From: Armatimonadota bacterium
GTDB taxonomy: Bacteria; Armatimonadota; SYMT01
Assembly (NCBI GenBank): GCA_041690135.1
Contig: JAWLHY010000023.1
Coordinates: forward strand, 1-40,537
Reading direction: 5' to 3'
Length of the DNA: 40,537 bases
Below are positions 36,910-40,537 of the stretch, in pieces. The notes under the pieces were generated by a model. It worked only from the letters and a program-made list of their open reading frames with translations, was not told the DNA's origin and searched no databases. The position numbers were made by a program, and so were the translations under genes. Each line of letters opens with the position of its first letter. The first letter of the stretch is position 1.

Positions 36910-38079
36910 GTGAAAGGTCACATTCGAGAGAGAGGAAAGAACACATGGGCCATCGTGCTTGACCTCGGCCGAGGAGCCGACGGGAAGCGCAAGCAAAAGT
37001 GGCACACCGTCCACGGGGGGAAGCGGGAGGCGCAGCGCGAGCTGGCGCGCTTGCTGAACGAGATCAACACTGGCTCCTATGTAGAGCCGGCGAAGCTAAC
37101 GGTAGCGCAATACCTGGAAAAGTGGCTGGCGGAGTATGCGAAGGCCAACGTCGGCGCCCGAACGTACGAGTTCTATGCAGAGGTGGTCCACAAGCACCTG
37201 ATCCCGGCACTCGGGCATTTGCCGTTGCCCAAGCTCCAGCCCCTGCACATCCAGTCGTATTACACGGAAGCGCAGAAGTCCGGCCGGCGGGACGGACGGG
37301 GTGGACTGTCGGCGCAAAGCGTGCTGCATCATCACCGGCTACTCCACACCGCTCTCGGGCAGGCTGTCCGTTGGCAACTCCTGCCGCGGAATCCCGCCGC
37401 ATCCGTTGAGCCGCCTCGGGTGAATGAAAAGGAGATGCAGTTCCTGGACGCCGAGGGGATGCAGCGCCTGCTGGAGGCCACTGAAGGGACCTCACTCTAC
37501 ATCCCGATTCTGCTGGCGGTGGCGACCGGGATGCGCCGGGGAGAGATTCTGGGTCTCCGGTGGGAAGACGTGAACCTGCAAACGGGGACCGTCAGCATCC
37601 GGCAGTCGCTGGAAGAGACCGCAGAAGGTCTGTCGTTCAAGGCGCCCAAGACCCGCAGCAGCAAACGTACTCTCCACCTGCCGCAGATGGTTACCCAGGC
37701 ACTGATCCGCCATAAGGGGACGCAGGCGGAACTGAAGCTGGCTGCAGGGCCCACGTATCAGGATCAGGGGCTTGTGATTGCCTGGGAAGACGGGCGACCT
37801 CTGCGGCCCCACTACGTGACGCTGGCCTTCACCCGCCTCGCGCAGAAGCTCGGGCTGACGCTCCGCTTCCACGATCTCCGCCACACCCAGGCTACAGCGC
37901 TGATTGCCCTCGGCGAGCACATGAAGGTCATCAGTTCCCGCCTCGGTCACTCCTCCATCCAGATCACGATGGACCGCTACGGCCACCTGCTGCCCGGTAT
38001 GGACGAAGCAGCGGCGCGCCGCCTCGACAACCTGCTTCGCGGCGAAGAAGGCCCCGAAAATCAGGCTCTCCGCGCGTAA
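36910..38079 (+). CDS. int: Tyrosine recombinase/integrase
   Basis: TGMRRGE, PKT, FHDLRHT, LGHS, DRYGH catalytic residues; N-terminal arm-binding domain; AAAGGAG RBS before GTG. Confidence 0.96.
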   Translation: MKGHIRERGKNTWAIVLDLGRGADGKRKQKWHTVHGGKREAQRELARLLNEINTGSYVEPAKLTVAQYLEKWLAEYAKANVGARTYEFYAEVVHKHLIPALGHLPLPKLQPLHIQSYYTEAQKSGRRDGRGGLSAQSVLHHHRLLHTALGQAVRWQLLPRNPAASVEPPRVNEKEMQFLDAEGMQRLLEATEGTSLYIPILLAVATGMRRGEILGLRWEDVNLQTGTVSIRQSLEETAEGLSFKAPKTRSSKRTLHLPQMVTQALIRHKGTQAELKLAAGPTYQDQGLVIAWEDGRPLRPHYVTLAFTRLAQKLGLTLRFHDLRHTQATALIALGEHMKVISSRLGHSSIQITMDRYGHLLPGMDEAAARRLDNLLRGEEGPENQALRA

Positions 38080-38080
38080 T

Positions 38081-38101
38081 GTTTGCAAACGGTTTGCAAA
38101 C
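38081..38101. promoter_or_regulatory. Putative integrase arm-type sites (2x GTTTGCAAAC)
   Basis: Matches 22933-22954. Confidence 0.7.
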
Positions 38102-38106
38102 CAAGA

Positions 38107-38144
38107 AAAAGCGGCCCCTCACCGCTGTGAGAAAGACCGCTTTT
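38107..38144. terminator. Possible bidirectional terminator between int and the tRNA-derived att
   Basis: aaaagcgg-cc-ctcac...gtgag-aaaga-ccgctttt stem. Confidence 0.55.
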
Positions 38145-38160
38145 ACGCACGAAATTTGAA

Positions 38161-38220
38161 CGCTCGCGGAGGGATTCGAACCCCCGACACCCAGTTCCGA
38201 AGACTGGTGCTCTAATCCGC
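38161..38220 (-). tRNA. tRNA-Arg(UCG) 3' fragment lacking the 5' acceptor strand and D-stem start; att site
   Basis: Minus strand GCGGATTAGAGCA-CCAGT-CTTCGGA-ACTGG-GTGTC-GGGGG-TTCGAAT-CCCTC-CGCGAGC-G; upstream sequence cannot form the acceptor stem. Confidence 0.85.
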
Positions 38221-38556
38221 CTTCAAAACCGGGCATTTTCGTGCGTAACTGTGTCTCAAATTACGCGCCAAACCGGACAGAAACTGGTGCTCTACCCCGC
38301 CAGAAACTGGTGCTGTCCGGGGCTGTTCACCGGGGTTATTCTAGCACAGTCGCTACGGCCGAATCTGACGCTGTCGGTCGGGAGACTTGGTGACTATCCA
38401 CAGGTTCAACGCGTTATCAGCAGACCAGTCGCCGCAAAACGGCTGGGAGTAGTAGTCTGCGTAGGGCTCACCGATGTTTGGGCCGCCTGCAGAAGGACGA
38501 CCGACAGCGCAAGTCAGATCTCTCCGGCAGTCCTTCATCTCAAGTCAGGGACCTTA

Positions 38557-39045
38557 TCAGCGACCACTATTCTTCTTTTTCGTAGCCCAATAGATCCCAC
38601 CGCCGATTACGGCTGCGCCGACTGCCGGTGCCGCCAGCATCAACATTGCGCCCGCCGCCATCCCACCCCCCACGGCGGCTCCAATGCTAGCCAGCCCGGC
38701 GGGACCGGCCCCGACCGTCATCAACGTTCCCACTGACGCGGCCGTTCCTGCGACCGCACCAGCCTTTGATCCTACCTGTGCCTCTTTGCTGTCCTTGAAA
38801 ACGGTCTTGTTGAGGATCGTTGCGGTGCCGAGCCCCGCGCTCCCCGCCACCACTCCAGTACCAGCAACTACCCCACCCCCGACTGCGGCCAAGGTGCCCA
38901 TAATCTGCGCTCCGGATGCGCCGGACACAGCAACCCCTACGGTAGCCGCCTTCCCGATGTTTTTCGCCGCCGTTACAACACTTGCGGTCTCCTTCGCCTG
39001 TCTTATGTATTCACCCAGAGTCTCGTCCTTCGGGATCTTGCTCAT
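38557..39045 (-). CDS. Gly/Ala-rich glycine-zipper membrane protein
   Basis: AGGAGG RBS; two repeats of LA(A/S)(V/I)G..GGG(V/M)(V/A)AG; basic C-terminus. Confidence 0.8.
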   Translation of the reverse strand: MSKIPKDETLGEYIRQAKETASVVTAAKNIGKAATVGVAVSGASGAQIMGTLAAVGGGVVAGTGVVAGSAGLGTATILNKTVFKDSKEAQVGSKAGAVAGTAASVGTLMTVGAGPAGLASIGAAVGGGMAAGAMLMLAAPAVGAAVIGGGIYWATKKKNSGR

Positions 39046-39166
39046 CGGAACCCTCCTGGTGTTGTGACTAAACTGCCTATCCAAACAGTTGCTTTTGCCC
39101 CAATCGATCAAGCGACCGGGCCGGAACCTGCAGTAAGGCCCCGGAGTTGGAAACGCCGCACAGACT

Positions 39167-39355
39167 CTACTCCTTTGAAGGCCAGGGTGCCTTCAGCACC
39201 ACGGCTACGACAACACCTGCAACGGTTACAAGGCCGCTCAACCACGTTGCCACCTTCTTGGTCCGCTCCTGCTCGTGATAGGGGCAGTAGTCCCCGTCTC
39301 CCGCACTCAACACGCGACAGCAATCCTCTGCTTTACATCGCCGCTCACTCATCAA
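39167..39355 (-). CDS. Small Cys/His (Zn-finger-like) tail-anchored membrane protein
   Basis: AGGAGG RBS overlapping the upstream stop; CKAEDCC...YCPYH followed by one TM helix. Confidence 0.7.
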   Translation of the reverse strand: MMSERRCKAEDCCRVLSAGDGDYCPYHEQERTKKVATWLSGLVTVAGVVVAVVLKAPWPSKE

Positions 39356-39363
39356 GGTGCCTC

Positions 39364-40353
39364 CTACGCTTTGAACTCACCGGCCGTCATTTCAATTTGC
39401 ACGCCCCGGTCCGGCACGCTACCAATAGCTGCGCACATCGCACCGATTTCACCCCCAAACCGCTCCATGCTTCGATGCCAGAGTTCCTCGGGGGGAGCGG
39501 TGGGGTTGTAAGGTAGCCAGCGTGCGAAATGGGCTCCCTGCTCCCCCACGGCCGTCAGCATCTCGCGGAGTGGGCGCAGGGACGCCTGGATCACGTCCGG
39601 CTCGCCAAGTGCGTCATGAACCAGCACCAACATAGCGGAGGCTCCCAGGATCGCCCGCAGACCCTCCTGTACCGGCTTCACTCGCTGCTCGATTCCCGCT
39701 CGGTTGCGAGGATTGAGTGACCAGCGGATGATACCCCAGCGGTGTTCGGGGAGTTCATCCGCGAACCGGAGGTTGTTTTCGAGAGAACGCCGGAGTCGAC
39801 GACGCCCCTCGGTTAACTGTTGGGACGCGAGGTGCAGCGCAATGCGCCGGTTGTCAAGATCCCTCATCGCGAGTGCCTGCTCGTAGAGGTCTGCGCCGCT
39901 CTCCACGATGGCGAAGTGGGTGTCCTGCAGCCCTTCCTGCACCGCATTCAGCTGCTTCTCGATAACGTCCAGGCGCTGGATAATCTCGGTGAGAGCCTGT
40001 TGTACGCCGAGTTGATTCACCGAGGAGAGTAGTTCCGGCGAGACTTCGCGGAGCTTCACTTGGCAGATGATCTGCCCCGTCTCTTTGTCCCGGATCACTG
40101 CTCCCAGTAGCCCCCCTTCCCTTCGGTCCCATTTGGCGGTGCCATACTGTAGCTGCTTCCACGCGTCCGGGGGAATGACCGCTTCATAGGTCCGGCCAGT
40201 GGTGAACTTGCCTACCGCATCGGCAACCGCTGGGGTCTGGCGCAGGAGGCGGATTACCTCACCGCGCCGTCCCTCAAACAACCGTTCGAAGGAACGGTGC
40301 TGTCGCTTCTGGGTATCCAGTTTGAGCTTGGGGTTGATCGTTAGAGAATCCAT
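39364..40353 (-). CDS. Hypothetical alpha-helical/coiled-coil protein
   Basis: Long ORF with heptads QQALTEIIQRLDVIEKQLNAVQEG; start uncertain (40353 ATG or 40425 TTG). Confidence 0.75.
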   Translation of the reverse strand: MDSLTINPKLKLDTQKRQHRSFERLFEGRRGEVIRLLRQTPAVADAVGKFTTGRTYEAVIPPDAWKQLQYGTAKWDRREGGLLGAVIRDKETGQIICQVKLREVSPELLSSVNQLGVQQALTEIIQRLDVIEKQLNAVQEGLQDTHFAIVESGADLYEQALAMRDLDNRRIALHLASQQLTEGRRRLRRSLENNLRFADELPEHRWGIIRWSLNPRNRAGIEQRVKPVQEGLRAILGASAMLVLVHDALGEPDVIQASLRPLREMLTAVGEQGAHFARWLPYNPTAPPEELWHRSMERFGGEIGAMCAAIGSVPDRGVQIEMTAGEFKA

Positions 40354-40537
40354 TTTGCCATACCAAGACCCATGGCATGAACGGGGGCAGGGATAGCCAA
40401 CACGTTTGATATACAGCCGCTTCAAATACGCCTAAACCCATCGGTATCAAGTTTAGCCTGCTTGGCAGCTTGGATTCGAGTTAGACCGGACGGCGATCTT
40501 GGTAGCCATGGCCCTATGGCTACCCACAACAAGACCC

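Larger units (their letters stand above)
22773..38220. mobile_element. ~15.4 kb tRNA-integrated genomic island, PICI/phage-satellite-like
   Basis: Bounding tRNA 3' repeats; integrase, xis, primase-helicase and TerS-like genes; paired GTTTGCAAAC motifs inside both ends; lower GC. Confidence 0.88.

Noticed and set aside
38161-38240. Complete tRNA gene
   Set aside because: No 5' acceptor strand or D-stem; treated as an att fragment.
40313-40537. Weak local duplication and a 9-bp hairpin (40501-40524)
   Set aside because: Only short scattered matches at the window edge; cannot be interpreted without flanking sequence.

Overview
GC-rich bacterial DNA. The DUF1559/H-X9-DG prepilin-like gene, DUF1501 plus PSD1/cytochrome c pair and ECF sigma with a very large anti-sigma suggest Armatimonadota or a PVC-like lineage (inference). 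The left ~22.7 kb is backbone: a RAYT transposase flanked by long REPIN-like repeats, an enolase-superfamily enzyme, a 4-gene ABC-2 exporter, DUF1501 and a PSD1 protein carrying in-frame repeat insertions, an HMA2/DUF5132 pair, PhyH, a prepilin-like gene, a PQQ beta-propeller, a YtkA-like gene preceded by an RGPP-ending leader ORF, and the ECF pair. Positions 22773-38220 are a ~15.4 kb integrated element bounded by two 3' fragments of tRNA-Arg(UCG). It has a PICI/phage-satellite-like core (integrase, CGNR-finger protein, excisionase, frameshifted primase-helicase, TerS-like protein). Its cargo is a 2xMrr_N-McrB/DUF2357-McrC pair, a low-GC 2TM-GAF-like + TauD dioxygenase pair, an IS66 remnant and an MTase-like ORF. 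Neither tRNA copy is complete, so a second tandem island probably begins at ~38220, carrying a three-gene membrane-associated module. All family assignments are by eye from motifs; no searches were run.
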